Source of the DNA: an uncultured Actinomycetes bacterium
GTDB lineage: Bacteria > Actinomycetota > Thermoleophilia > Gaiellales > JAICJC01
NCBI GenBank assembly: GCA_963797175.1
Contig: CAWCOL010000006.1
Span: forward strand, 2,998-66,997
Direction of reading: 5' to 3'
DNA length: 64,000 nt
A program made the position numbers and the translations under genes. Under the pieces are notes generated by a model. The model saw only the letters and a program-made list of their open reading frames with translations. It did no database searches and was not told the DNA's origin. Below are positions 17,633-26,730 of the stretch, in pieces. Numbering within the stretch: position 1 is the stretch's first letter; the number at the start of each line of letters is the position of its first letter.

Positions 17633-19012
17633 GTGACCAGCGACCGACGGATCGACGAGTGCCTGTCCGTGGCCGGCGGCCGGCTGCGCGTCGAACGGTG
17701 CGACGCGGCGGAGCTGGCGGCGCGGTTCGGGACGCCGCTCTCGGTGCTCTCGGAGGACCAGCTGCGCCGCAACGCGCGCCGTTTCCGCGCGGCCTTTGCG
17801 GCGGCCTGGCCGGAGGGCGAGGTGCGCATCCTCCCCTCGATCAAGGCCAACCACTCGCTGGCCGCGCGCCGGGTGCTGACGGCGGAGGGGCTCGGCTGCG
17901 ACGTCTTCGGCCCGGCCGAGCTGTACGCAGCGCTGGCCTGCGCGGTGCCGCCCCAGCTGATCTCGGTCAACGGCACCGGCAAGTCCGAGGAGCTGATCGA
18001 CCGTGCCGTGGCGGCCGGTGCGCGGCTGACGCTGGACAGTGCGCGCGAGATCGGCCTGGCCCGCGAGGCGGCGCGCCGGCATGGCACGCGCGCCGTCGTG
18101 CGGTTCCGGCTGCGGCCACGCTACGACGGCATGGAGCAGCCGTCGGACTTCGCTCCGCTGCCGGTGCGCGTCGTCGCCCACGAGTACAAGCCGGGCATCC
18201 CGACCGAGGACCTGCTCGACGCGGGCCCCGACGCGCTGGCCGCGCCGGAGCTGGAGGTGCGCGGGCTGATGGCCCACCTCGGCCGCCACCGGGCCGACCT
18301 CGAGACGTGGCGCCAGTACGCGGCCAGCGTCGCCGAGACCGTGGCCGAGCTGTCCGCGGCGTGGGGCGGCTGGCGGCCGGCCGAGCTCGACCTGGGCGGC
18401 GGCTTCGCCTCGCCCCGCGACCCGACGGCGCGTGACGGCGACGGCGCCGGGCGGCCGGATGCACCACGGATCGAGCAGGTGGCCGAGGCGCTCGCGGGCG
18501 GGCTGCGCGACGGCCTGGCCGCCACGGGGATCGCGGCCGCCGGGATCACGCTCGAGGTCGAGCCGGGCCGCGGCCTCTACGGCGACTGCGGCATCCACCT
18601 GACGTCCGTGACCAGCCGCAAGCGGCAGACGGCGCCGGTCGCCTGGAGCTGGATCGAGACCGACACCACCGAGATGTTCCTGGCCGACCTGCTGATCGAG
18701 CACGCGCGCTTCCCGATCGTCGCGGCGACCCGGATGGACGAGGCGGACGCGGGGCCGGCGGACGTGGTCGGCTGCTCGTGCGGCTTCGACGTGCTGGGCC
18801 GCCAGGTCGCTCTGCCCGGCGTCGCCGCCGGCGACGTGCTCGCGTTCCTCGACACGGGCGCCTACGAGGACGCCTGCGCCTCCAACTTCAACGCGCTGCC
18901 GCGCCCGGCGCTGGTGCTGGTGCGCGGGGATGAGGCCGAGCTGGTCCGCCGCCGCGAGACGATCGAGGATGTCTTCTCGCGTGACATCGTCCCGGAGCGG
19001 CTGCTGGCATGA
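17633..19012 (+). CDS. Fold-type III PLP decarboxylase, LysA/diaminopimelate decarboxylase-like but divergent
   Basis: FGTPL, SIKAN (PLP Lys), LDLGGGF, EPGR, DTGAY, NFNALPRPA. Confidence 0.8.
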   Translation: MTSDRRIDECLSVAGGRLRVERCDAAELAARFGTPLSVLSEDQLRRNARRFRAAFAAAWPEGEVRILPSIKANHSLAARRVLTAEGLGCDVFGPAELYAALACAVPPQLISVNGTGKSEELIDRAVAAGARLTLDSAREIGLAREAARRHGTRAVVRFRLRPRYDGMEQPSDFAPLPVRVVAHEYKPGIPTEDLLDAGPDALAAPELEVRGLMAHLGRHRADLETWRQYAASVAETVAELSAAWGGWRPAELDLGGGFASPRDPTARDGDGAGRPDAPRIEQVAEALAGGLRDGLAATGIAAAGITLEVEPGRGLYGDCGIHLTSVTSRKRQTAPVAWSWIETDTTEMFLADLLIEHARFPIVAATRMDEADAGPADVVGCSCGFDVLGRQVALPGVAAGDVLAFLDTGAYEDACASNFNALPRPALVLVRGDEAELVRRRETIEDVFSRDIVPERLLA

Positions 19013-19485
19013 CCGTTCGCGGCATCGACCACGTCGGGATCACGGTGCGCGACCTGGACGCCGCCCTCGCCTTCTACGAGGGGCTGCTCGGCATCCGCCG
19101 CATCTCCCGCGGCGAGGACAGCTCACCCGTCGTCGCGACGATCACCGGCCTGGCCGGCGCCCACGTGCGCTGGGCCGACCTCGACCTCGGCGGCGGCCAG
19201 ATCCTCGAGTTGCTCCAGTACCTCTCGCCCGACGGTACGCCGCTCGACCAGCGGCCGTGCGACCCGGGCGCATCGCACGTCGGCCTCGCGGTGGAGGGCA
19301 TCGACGAGGTGTGGCAGCGGCTGGCCGACGCCGGCGTTGAGGTGAACGCGCCGCCGATCGATCCGGGCGGCTATGAGGCGTGGCAGGGCGCGCGCTGCGC
19401 GTACGTCAGCGACCCGGACGGCCGCACCGTCGAGCTGATCGAGCGTGGCGTGCCGGGCCGGGATCGGCAAGGATCCGGGCCGTGA
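19009..19485 (+). CDS. VOC/glyoxalase-family protein
   Basis: IDHVGITVRDLD, LELLQY, HVGLAV, DPDGRTVELIE. Confidence 0.9.
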   Translation: MTVRGIDHVGITVRDLDAALAFYEGLLGIRRISRGEDSSPVVATITGLAGAHVRWADLDLGGGQILELLQYLSPDGTPLDQRPCDPGASHVGLAVEGIDEVWQRLADAGVEVNAPPIDPGGYEAWQGARCAYVSDPDGRTVELIERGVPGRDRQGSGP

Positions 19486-20858
19486 GCACCGATCCCCTGG
19501 GGATGACGCCCGAGGAGATGCGCCGGCTGGGCCACTGGCTGGTCGATCGCGTGGTCGACCACGTCGAGACCAACGGCGAGGGGCCGGCGATCCGCACGGG
19601 GCGGCCGGCGGCGCTGCGCGAGCTGCTGGGCGGTCCGCCGCCGCAGAGCCCGTCCGACCCGCTGGAGTCGATGCAGCTGCTGAGCGACGTGGCGCTCCAG
19701 CACATGCAGCACGGCGACCATCCCCGCTACTTCGCGCGCGTGCCCGGGCCGTCGTCGTTCACCGGCGTGCTGGGCGAGTGGATGGGCACCGGCTTCAACG
19801 CGATCGCCGCCTCGTGGAAGGGCGGCTCCGGCCCGGCCACGGTCGAGCTTGTCGTGCTGGACTGGCTGCGCGAGCTGCTGGGGCTGCCCGAGGAGACGGA
19901 GGGCGTGCTGGCCAGCGGCGGCTCGCTGGCCAACGTCACCGCGCTGGCCGCCGCCCGGGCCGTGGACGGCCCCGGCGTGGCCTACCTGTCCGATCAGACG
20001 CACTCGTCGATCGGGCGCGGGCTGCTGGCGCTGGGCTTCCCGCCCGCCCACGTGCGGGTGCTGCCGACCGGCGACGACCTGCGCCTCACCGCAGAGACCG
20101 TTGCGGCCGCCGCCGGCGCCGACCGGGCGGCGGGCCGCCGCCCCGGCTTCGTCATCGCCAGCGCCGGCACCACCAACACGGGCTCGGTGGACGAGCTGCC
20201 CGCGCTCGCGCACCTCTGTCGCGAGCACGGCCTCTGGTTTCACGTGGACGGCGCCTACGGCGGCCCGGCGGCGCTGTGCGAGCCTGGGCGGCGGGTGCTG
20301 GCCGGGATCGAGCGGGCCGACTCGCTGGTGCTCGACCCGCACAAGTGGCTGTTCCAGCCCTACGACGTCGGCTGCCTGCTGGTGCGCCGCCGGGGGGCGC
20401 TCGACCGGGCCTTTCACATGACGCCCGAGTACCTGCTGGACGTGCGCGGGATCATCGAGGAGGTGGACTTCCGCAACCGCAGCCTGGAGCTGTCGCGCCG
20501 CTCGCGGGCGCTCAAGCTGTGGCTGACCTTCCGCACGCACGGGCTGACCGCGATCTCCGCCGCGATCGCCCGCGGCATCGAGCTGGCGGAGCGCGCGGAG
20601 GAGCTGCTGCGGGCAGATGCGCGCTACGAGGTGGTCACGCCGGCGCAGCTCGGCATCGTCACCTTCGCGCTGCGCGGCGCCGACCACGAGCACCACACCA
20701 CGCGGGCGGCGGCTGTTGCCGCCGACGGCTACGCGGCGGTGACGACGACGAAGCTGCACGACCGCTCCGTGCTGCGGCTGTGCACGATCAACCCGCTGAC
20801 CACCGAGGACGACCTGGCGGGGACGATCGCGCGGCTGGCCGGCGATCAGCTCAGGTAG
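19482..20858 (+). CDS. Group II PLP-dependent (aromatic amino acid-type) decarboxylase
   Basis: HPRYFA, SGGSLAN, QTHSS, AGTTNTGSVD, HVDGAYG, DPHKWL. Confidence 0.9.
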   Translation: MSTDPLGMTPEEMRRLGHWLVDRVVDHVETNGEGPAIRTGRPAALRELLGGPPPQSPSDPLESMQLLSDVALQHMQHGDHPRYFARVPGPSSFTGVLGEWMGTGFNAIAASWKGGSGPATVELVVLDWLRELLGLPEETEGVLASGGSLANVTALAAARAVDGPGVAYLSDQTHSSIGRGLLALGFPPAHVRVLPTGDDLRLTAETVAAAAGADRAAGRRPGFVIASAGTTNTGSVDELPALAHLCREHGLWFHVDGAYGGPAALCEPGRRVLAGIERADSLVLDPHKWLFQPYDVGCLLVRRRGALDRAFHMTPEYLLDVRGIIEEVDFRNRSLELSRRSRALKLWLTFRTHGLTAISAAIARGIELAERAEELLRADARYEVVTPAQLGIVTFALRGADHEHHTTRAAAVAADGYAAVTTTKLHDRSVLRLCTINPLTTEDDLAGTIARLAGDQLR

Positions 20859-21928
20859 CTGACCAGGTCGAGGGTCGCCCGGCGCGGCCGCAGCGTCAGC
20901 GCGCCGGTGTCGAACAGCGCGGTCAGCGGATCCGCATCCGGTCGCAGGACGCCGTGGAAGCGGCGCAGGTTGTAGCGGTGGGTCACGCCCTCGTGGGTGC
21001 AGACCTGGGTTCGGTGCGCCTGCGGTGCCTTGGTCGAGGTGAACGTCGCCGACCCGCCCATGTAGGGGTGGCCGGTTGTCAGCCATCGCGCCGTCGCGCC
21101 CGTCGCCGACGCGTTGGGCGGCGGCAGGACGCCCTGCGGGAGTGCGGCGTTGAGGAACCGCAGCGTCTGCGACCCCGGCGCGGGGTTGCGGGGCGCGACG
21201 TCGAGGACGATCTCGTAGACCTTGCTCTGGCCGTACACGCGCTCCGCGATCAGGTACGGCGCGTTGACCGTGCTGATCGTCTCGGTGCCCGGGCATGGGT
21301 TGTGGTTGAAGCCACGGGGGCGGCAGCCGGGATCGGCGGTGAGCGTGGCGGTCGCCGGCGGCGTCGTGATCGTGGCGAAGAAGGGCTTCGTCCCCGAGAC
21401 GAAGCGGAACGCCTGGACGGACAACGTTCCGGTGCGCTGTCGCAGGACGCCCGGCGTGCCGTCGGTGCGCGTGCACGGCGTCGCCGTCTGCGGGGCCGTC
21501 GCCTGGAACGTCATCTGCAGCGTGCTGGGCGCGGAGTCCGTGCCGGTGTCCACGGTCGCCCGCAGCAGCGTCTTGCCGGTCATCCGCAGGACGCCGTGCC
21601 CGGCGAACAGGGTGTAGTCGTGCTCCTGGATGGAGAACGGGTGCCGGGTGATGCGCGCGAGGAGGACGTCGACGGTGGGTGCGCTGAAGCGGCCGCGCGG
21701 ATCGGTGACCGTCACCGTCATCCGGTACGTGACGCCCTGGATCCGGACCTTCACGGGGTCGGCGGTGAGGATGCCCGCCGGCTGCGGCGGGCGCTTCGGC
21801 TCGACGATGCCGGTGCCGGCCGGGCCGAGCCCGCGCGCGGACGTGGCCGGCGGCAGCGCCGCGGCGAGCGCGGCAGTTGTCAGCGTCGCGATCGTGATCG
21901 CGCTGCGCCTGAACGTCGTGGCCCGCAT
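20846..21928 (-). CDS. Secreted hypothetical protein
   Basis: GGAGG SD; signal peptide MRATTFRRSAITIATLTTAALAAA; TTGTCC-N17-TAGGTT upstream. Confidence 0.65.
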   Translation of the reverse strand: MRATTFRRSAITIATLTTAALAAALPPATSARGLGPAGTGIVEPKRPPQPAGILTADPVKVRIQGVTYRMTVTVTDPRGRFSAPTVDVLLARITRHPFSIQEHDYTLFAGHGVLRMTGKTLLRATVDTGTDSAPSTLQMTFQATAPQTATPCTRTDGTPGVLRQRTGTLSVQAFRFVSGTKPFFATITTPPATATLTADPGCRPRGFNHNPCPGTETISTVNAPYLIAERVYGQSKVYEIVLDVAPRNPAPGSQTLRFLNAALPQGVLPPPNASATGATARWLTTGHPYMGGSATFTSTKAPQAHRTQVCTHEGVTHRYNLRRFHGVLRPDADPLTALFDTGALTLRPRRATLDLVSYLS

Positions 21929-21992
21929 CTCCGCCTCCCCGATCGGTTCGGGCGAACCTATCGCAGCGGACGGAACCGGACAACCCGGCGGG

Positions 21993-22026
21993 CGGCGGTG
22001 GGCCAGACGGACCTGGCCCACCGCCG
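21993..22026. terminator. GC-rich hairpin, probable terminator of 22033..22557
   Basis: 14-bp perfect stem CGGCGGTGGGCCAG/CTGGCCCACCGCCG with 6-nt loop, just after the stop codon. Confidence 0.6.
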
Positions 22027-22032
22027 TACCGG

Positions 22033-22557
22033 TCAGGCCTGCGTGTCCACCCGGATGCCGCCGAAGATCGAGGCGGACACCCCGTACATGCTGGGGTCGG
22101 TGGACGACTGCTGCTGCGAGAGCTGGTCAAGCAGCTGGTCGGTGGAGACGCCGAGCAGCTGGCTGACCTGCGCGAGCAGGTTCGAGCCGGGCGTCGGAGC
22201 CGGGTCGGAGCCGGCGTCGTCGGACGCATCCGCCGGCGGTGGGCCGGTGCGGTCGGCGATCTTCGCCGCGAGGGCGTCGATCCCGCCGGCCGGCTGCGGC
22301 GCACCTGCGGGCGCGACGCTCTGGATGCCCTTCGCGATCGCCGCAAGCAGATCGGCGCGTGAGACGCCCTGCTGGCTGGCGAGGTCGGACAGGCTGCTCC
22401 CGGACGAGATCGCGCTCTTCAGCTGATCCTGGCTCATGTTGAGCAGGTCGGCCGCGGGCTGCATCGCCTTGCCGCCGTGCGGGCGGTGGTGATGGTGAAC
22501 GCCGGAGACCGCCGAGGAGCCGGAGCTCTGGACGGAGCCGGAGACAGAACCGATCAT
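22033..22557 (-). CDS. Hypothetical protein sharing the helical repeat of 10781..11503
   Basis: HHHHRPHG then AADLLNMSQDQLKSAISSGSSLSDLASQQGVS; GGGAGG SD. Confidence 0.75.
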   Translation of the reverse strand: MIGSVSGSVQSSGSSAVSGVHHHHRPHGGKAMQPAADLLNMSQDQLKSAISSGSSLSDLASQQGVSRADLLAAIAKGIQSVAPAGAPQPAGGIDALAAKIADRTGPPPADASDDAGSDPAPTPGSNLLAQVSQLLGVSTDQLLDQLSQQQSSTDPSMYGVSASIFGGIRVDTQA

Positions 22558-22595
22558 TCGTTTTCCCCTCCCAGTGGGTTTCGGTTCACCTCTGG

Positions 22596-22622
22596 TTGTC
22601 GGCGCGGAGCCGGCCGGGTTCA
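22596..22622 (-). promoter_or_regulatory. sigma-28 (FliA/WhiG)-type promoter
   Basis: Minus strand TGAA-N15-GCCGACAA versus consensus TAAA-N15-GCCGATAA. Confidence 0.5.
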
Positions 22623-22666
22623 GCGGAGGAAGCTGGGAGATTGGTGTGAGATTGACGGGTTCGCGG

Positions 22667-23134
22667 CTAGCAGGACTCGTCTGCGGCGGTGCAGCGGGCG
22701 GCGTTGCCCGCGGCGGCGCGGGTCAGCAGCGCGTGCAGCTGCTCGCGCTCCGCTGCGTCGAGCGCCGCCAGCGTCTCGTCGTCCACGGCGGCCAGCGCGC
22801 GGTCAACCGCGGCCAGCGTGCGCTCGCCCTTGCGTGACAGCTCGATCACCCCGCGCCGGCGGTCGGCGCGGTCGCGGCGGCGGACGATCAGGCCGGCGTC
22901 CTCGAGCTCGTTCAGCAGCCCCACCAGGTTCGACGGGTCGATCCCGACGACGTCGAGCAGCGTCCGTTGCGCCGAGGCTCCCTCGTCGCGCAGGTGGTTG
23001 AGCGCGAGCAGGTGCCGGGGGCGGATGCCGAGCGGCGTCACGGCCTCCTCGATGCGCTGACGCATGCCCCGCGCGAGCAGTGCGATCAGGATCGAGGATG
23101 CGACGTCGCCGGTTGTCTCAGCTCGTGTGGCCAT
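22667..23134 (-). CDS. MarR-family regulator
   Basis: IDPSNLVGLLNELE.AGLI.RRRDRADRR; -10 TACACT 6 nt before ATG. Confidence 0.9.
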   Translation of the reverse strand: MATRAETTGDVASSILIALLARGMRQRIEEAVTPLGIRPRHLLALNHLRDEGASAQRTLLDVVGIDPSNLVGLLNELEDAGLIVRRRDRADRRRGVIELSRKGERTLAAVDRALAAVDDETLAALDAAEREQLHALLTRAAAGNAARCTAADESC

Positions 23135-23157
23135 GCTCTCAGTGTACCGCCGTCGAT

Positions 23158-23183
23158 TGTTTGTGAGCGCAAACAGTTTGTGC
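23158..23183. promoter_or_regulatory. Probable MarR operator between divergent genes
   Basis: Overlapping AT-rich palindromes TGTTTG-N6-CAAACA and GCGCAAAC-A-GTTTGTGC. Confidence 0.55.
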
Positions 23184-23235
23184 TACACCTTCCATCGGCA
23201 GCAAACCGACCATCAGTCTCTCCAGGAGCACCCAG

Positions 23236-23877
23236 ATGACACTCGTCCTTCCCGATCCAGGCCCGGCCAACGTCCAGTTCGAGCTGCCCGCCGACCCCGA
23301 ACGGCTGGCCGCCACCGCCGAGGCGCTGACGGCTCGCGGGTTCGCGGCGCAGATCGCCGACGACGGCGCACACGCCCGGCGGCTGGTGCTGGACGCGCTC
23401 CCGGAGGGCGCCGAGGTGCATACGGCGCTGTCCGAGACGCTGCGCGAGCTGGGCATCAGCGAGGCGATCGACGAGTCGGGCCGCTACGACTCGATCCGCG
23501 GCCGGCTGGCGACGATGGACCGGGAGGCGCAGGGCAGGGAGATGCGCAAGCTCGGTGCCGCACCCGACAACATCGTCGGCAGCGCCCACGCCGTCACCGA
23601 CGACGGCATCATCCTGGTCGGCTCGGGCTCCGGCAGTCAGCTGGGCGCATACGCCTACGCCGCCGGCCAGGTGTTCCTCGTGATCGGGCACCAGAAGCTC
23701 GTCCGCGACCTCACCGAGGCGCGGCGCCGGGTGGTCGAGTACAGCCTGCCCCGCGAGTTCGTGCGTATGCAGGGCGTGGGCTACCCGGGCAGCCTGATCG
23801 GCAAGACGCTGACGCTCGAAGCCGACTTCGGCGGCCGCATCAACGTCATCCTGGTGCCGGAGACGCTCGGGTTCTAG
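23236..23877 (+). CDS. LUD (LutC/YkgG) domain protein
   Basis: GSAHAVTDDG, SGSGSQLGAYAY, GHQKLV.DL, INVILVPETLGF; AGGAG SD. Confidence 0.8.
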   Translation: MTLVLPDPGPANVQFELPADPERLAATAEALTARGFAAQIADDGAHARRLVLDALPEGAEVHTALSETLRELGISEAIDESGRYDSIRGRLATMDREAQGREMRKLGAAPDNIVGSAHAVTDDGIILVGSGSGSQLGAYAYAAGQVFLVIGHQKLVRDLTEARRRVVEYSLPREFVRMQGVGYPGSLIGKTLTLEADFGGRINVILVPETLGF

Positions 23878-25073
23878 GCAAGCCGGTACGCGTACACGAC
23901 GCCGCTGTACGCGTCTGCGCCCGGTGCTCCGATGAGCAACGATGCGTTCGACAGCGCCAGGCCGGAACCGAACGTCGCGTCGCTGCCGTCCGCCCCCGGA
24001 CGCTCGATCTCGGCCGACTGGCTCCATGCCGCCCCGTCGGGCGTGAAGATGTAGGCGGCGCCCACGAAAAGGGCCCGCGGTTTGTCGGGGGCGCCCACGG
24101 CGATCGTCGAACCGTCGGTTGCAACTGACCACCCGAACGCATCGAGTCGGCCACGGTCGGCCGACACCAGCTTGGCCGGAGCCGACCACATGCCCTCCGA
24201 ACGGGTGAACACGTACGCGGCGCCGCCGCCTCTGCCGACGTTGGGCGCACCGGCGACGAGCGTGTCACCGGAGAACCCGACGGAGAAGCCGAGCTGGTCG
24301 TCGGGCTCTCCCGTCGCGACCGTCAAGACGCTGCTGAGCGGCCACGCGGGGCCCGAGGCATCGAAGACGTAGATCGCGCCCTTGCTGTCATTGCTCTCGT
24401 CCTCGCCGATCCCGACGGCGACGGTCGATCCGGAGACGCCGACGACGGTGCCGCGCTCTTCGCCGAAACGTGGCTTGTCGTGTGCGACGAGCGGCGTCCT
24501 CGCCCACACTCCGCCGGTGTCGGTGAACGTGTAGGCGATGCGCCCCGAGTTCCGACCGTCGCTGTCACTCATGCCGATCCCCACCGCGATGGTCGGGCCG
24601 TCGATCGCCACGCTGTTGCCGAACCCCTCGAACTGGTAGGCCCGGGCCGGCTGGAGCGTCGCCTGACGGGTCCACCCGCTGCCGGGGTTGGTGTAGACGA
24701 AGGCCTTCCCGCCACGCCCTGCCGCGGGCGCTCCCACGACGACCGTCGATCCGTCGATCGCGACATCGAATCCGAACTCGGCGCTCTGCTCGGGTGAGCG
24801 CAGCTGGCCCTGCTGCCGCCATGTGCCGGCGCCGGTGCGCTGAAAGATCAGGACGACATGCTGGTCGCCGTTGTCCCGGGAGGAGGTCGCCACCGCGGTC
24901 GAACCCGAGATCGCGATCGCGTCGCCGAAGACCTCGTGAGGCGGTGTCGCGTGGTGGTCGACGAAGCTGCCGTCCTCGACGACGGCCACCGAGGCGGCGC
25001 TGCCATCAGCCCGAGCCGCCGAGAGCCCGACGACCAGCGCAAGGCAGACCAAGGTGAGGAGGCGGAGCCGCAT
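23874..25073 (-). CDS. Secreted FG-GAP repeat beta-propeller protein
   Basis: Signal peptide; about seven FGxxVAIxGxTxxVGAP...GxAYVF repeats; -10 TATCGT 6 nt before ATG. Confidence 0.88.
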   Translation of the reverse strand: MRLRLLTLVCLALVVGLSAARADGSAASVAVVEDGSFVDHHATPPHEVFGDAIAISGSTAVATSSRDNGDQHVVLIFQRTGAGTWRQQGQLRSPEQSAEFGFDVAIDGSTVVVGAPAAGRGGKAFVYTNPGSGWTRQATLQPARAYQFEGFGNSVAIDGPTIAVGIGMSDSDGRNSGRIAYTFTDTGGVWARTPLVAHDKPRFGEERGTVVGVSGSTVAVGIGEDESNDSKGAIYVFDASGPAWPLSSVLTVATGEPDDQLGFSVGFSGDTLVAGAPNVGRGGGAAYVFTRSEGMWSAPAKLVSADRGRLDAFGWSVATDGSTIAVGAPDKPRALFVGAAYIFTPDGAAWSQSAEIERPGADGSDATFGSGLALSNASLLIGAPGADAYSGVVYAYRLA

Positions 25074-25289
25074 CGGCAGACGATACGCGGGGTCAGCCGT
25101 CCAGGTCAATGCTGACACGGGGTCGGACGCCCTCCACCCGGTGCTTGCGATTCGGCGCGATCTCCTGACACGCCGTCACCGCTCCGCGTGCCTGCCCACG
25201 CCCCGGATCGCCGGGTGCGTCATGATCGCGGTGTCGAATCCACCCGGACCAGGCGGGAGCGCCCGCCGGCCGCACCCCGGAGGCCTCAG

Positions 25290-26717
25290 TTGACCGACCT
25301 GCACTACCTCTCTGCCACCGAGGCCCTGCGCCGGTTCCGCGCCCGCGAGCTCTCGCCCGTGGAGCTGACGCAGGCGGTGATCGACCGCGCGGAGGCCGTC
25401 GAGCCGGTCGTGAACGCGCTCTGCCACCGCTTCTTCGACGAGGCGCTCGAGCAGGCGCGCGACGCCGAGGCACGCTACATGGGCCGCGGCGAGGCGCCGC
25501 GGCCGCTGGAGGGCATCCCGCTGGCGATCAAGGAGGAGGAGGCGGTGGCCGGCCAGCCGTGGACACAGGGCTCGCTGATCTACCGCGACCTCGTCGCCGA
25601 GGAGTCCTCCTGCTTCGCGCAGCGCATCCTCGACTCGGGCGCGATCGTGCACGCCCGCTCCACCGCGCCGGAGTTCTCGTGCGCCGCCTTCACCCACTCG
25701 CGGCTGTGGGGCGTCACCCGCAACCCGTGGGGCCAGGAGTGGGGCGTCGGCGGTTCTTCGGGCGGCTCCGGCGCCGCGCTCGCCTCGGGCACGGCCACCC
25801 TGGCCAGCGGCTCCGACATCGGCGGGTCGATCCGCCTTCCCGCCTCGTTCAACGGCGTCGTCGGCTTCAAGCCGCCCTACGGGCGGGTGCCGCAGGCCGC
25901 GCCGTTCAACCTCGACACCTACTGCCACTGCGGCCCGCTCGCCCGCACCGTCGCCGACACCCTGCTGTTCGAGAACGTGCTGGCGGGGCCGCACCCTGAC
26001 GACATCGTCTCGCTGCGGCCGAAGCTCGAGTTGCCCGAGCGGCTGGACGGCATCGAGGGCATGCGGATCGCCTACTCGGTCGACCTCGGCGACTGGCCGG
26101 TCGATGCCGACGTCGCCGCGAACACGCGGGCCGCGGCGGAGGCGTTGCGCGAGGCCGGCGCGATCGTCGATGAGGTGGACGTCGCCCTGCCGCAGGCGCA
26201 GGTGGTGCGGGCCGCTGCGATCCACTTCCACCTCAGCTTCGCGGCCTGGGTGGCCGAGACCGAGACGGCCCATGGCGACGAGATGACCGCCTACGCGATC
26301 GACTTCGCCCGCTGGGCGTCCGAGGCCGCGGACGGAGGCTCGATGCTGGACGAGCTCGGGCTGGAGGCGCAGCTGTATCCGCCCGTCGGCCACCTGCTGG
26401 AGCGCTACGACGCCCTGATCTGCCCGACGGTCGCGACCCGAGGGCTCGTCGCCGGCGATGACTACGTCGGCCACGGCCTGGAGGTCGGCGGCCGCACCCT
26501 GGACGACTACCAGGAGACGCTGATGACGTTCGCGTTCAACATCTTCAGCCGCTGCCCGGTGCTGGCCGTACCGTCCGGCTTCGGCGACAACGGCATCCCC
26601 ACCGGCATCCAGATCGCCGGCCGCACGTACGACGACCTCACGCCGTTCCGGGTCGGCGCGGCGCTGGAGGGGCTGCGCCCGTGGCTCGACGCGCCGGAGC
26701 GGCGTCCCGCGCTGTGA
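25290..26717 (+). CDS. Amidase signature family enzyme
   Basis: GIPLAIK, GGSSGGS, GSDIGGSIRLPA; GGAGG SD before TTG. Confidence 0.9.
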   Translation: MTDLHYLSATEALRRFRARELSPVELTQAVIDRAEAVEPVVNALCHRFFDEALEQARDAEARYMGRGEAPRPLEGIPLAIKEEEAVAGQPWTQGSLIYRDLVAEESSCFAQRILDSGAIVHARSTAPEFSCAAFTHSRLWGVTRNPWGQEWGVGGSSGGSGAALASGTATLASGSDIGGSIRLPASFNGVVGFKPPYGRVPQAAPFNLDTYCHCGPLARTVADTLLFENVLAGPHPDDIVSLRPKLELPERLDGIEGMRIAYSVDLGDWPVDADVAANTRAAAEALREAGAIVDEVDVALPQAQVVRAAAIHFHLSFAAWVAETETAHGDEMTAYAIDFARWASEAADGGSMLDELGLEAQLYPPVGHLLERYDALICPTVATRGLVAGDDYVGHGLEVGGRTLDDYQETLMTFAFNIFSRCPVLAVPSGFGDNGIPTGIQIAGRTYDDLTPFRVGAALEGLRPWLDAPERRPAL

Positions 26718-26730
26718 CCGAGGAGGCGAC

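Noticed and set aside
17633-19012. Naming this gene lysA
   Set aside because: The HIGSQ and CESGD motifs are replaced and the context looks catabolic
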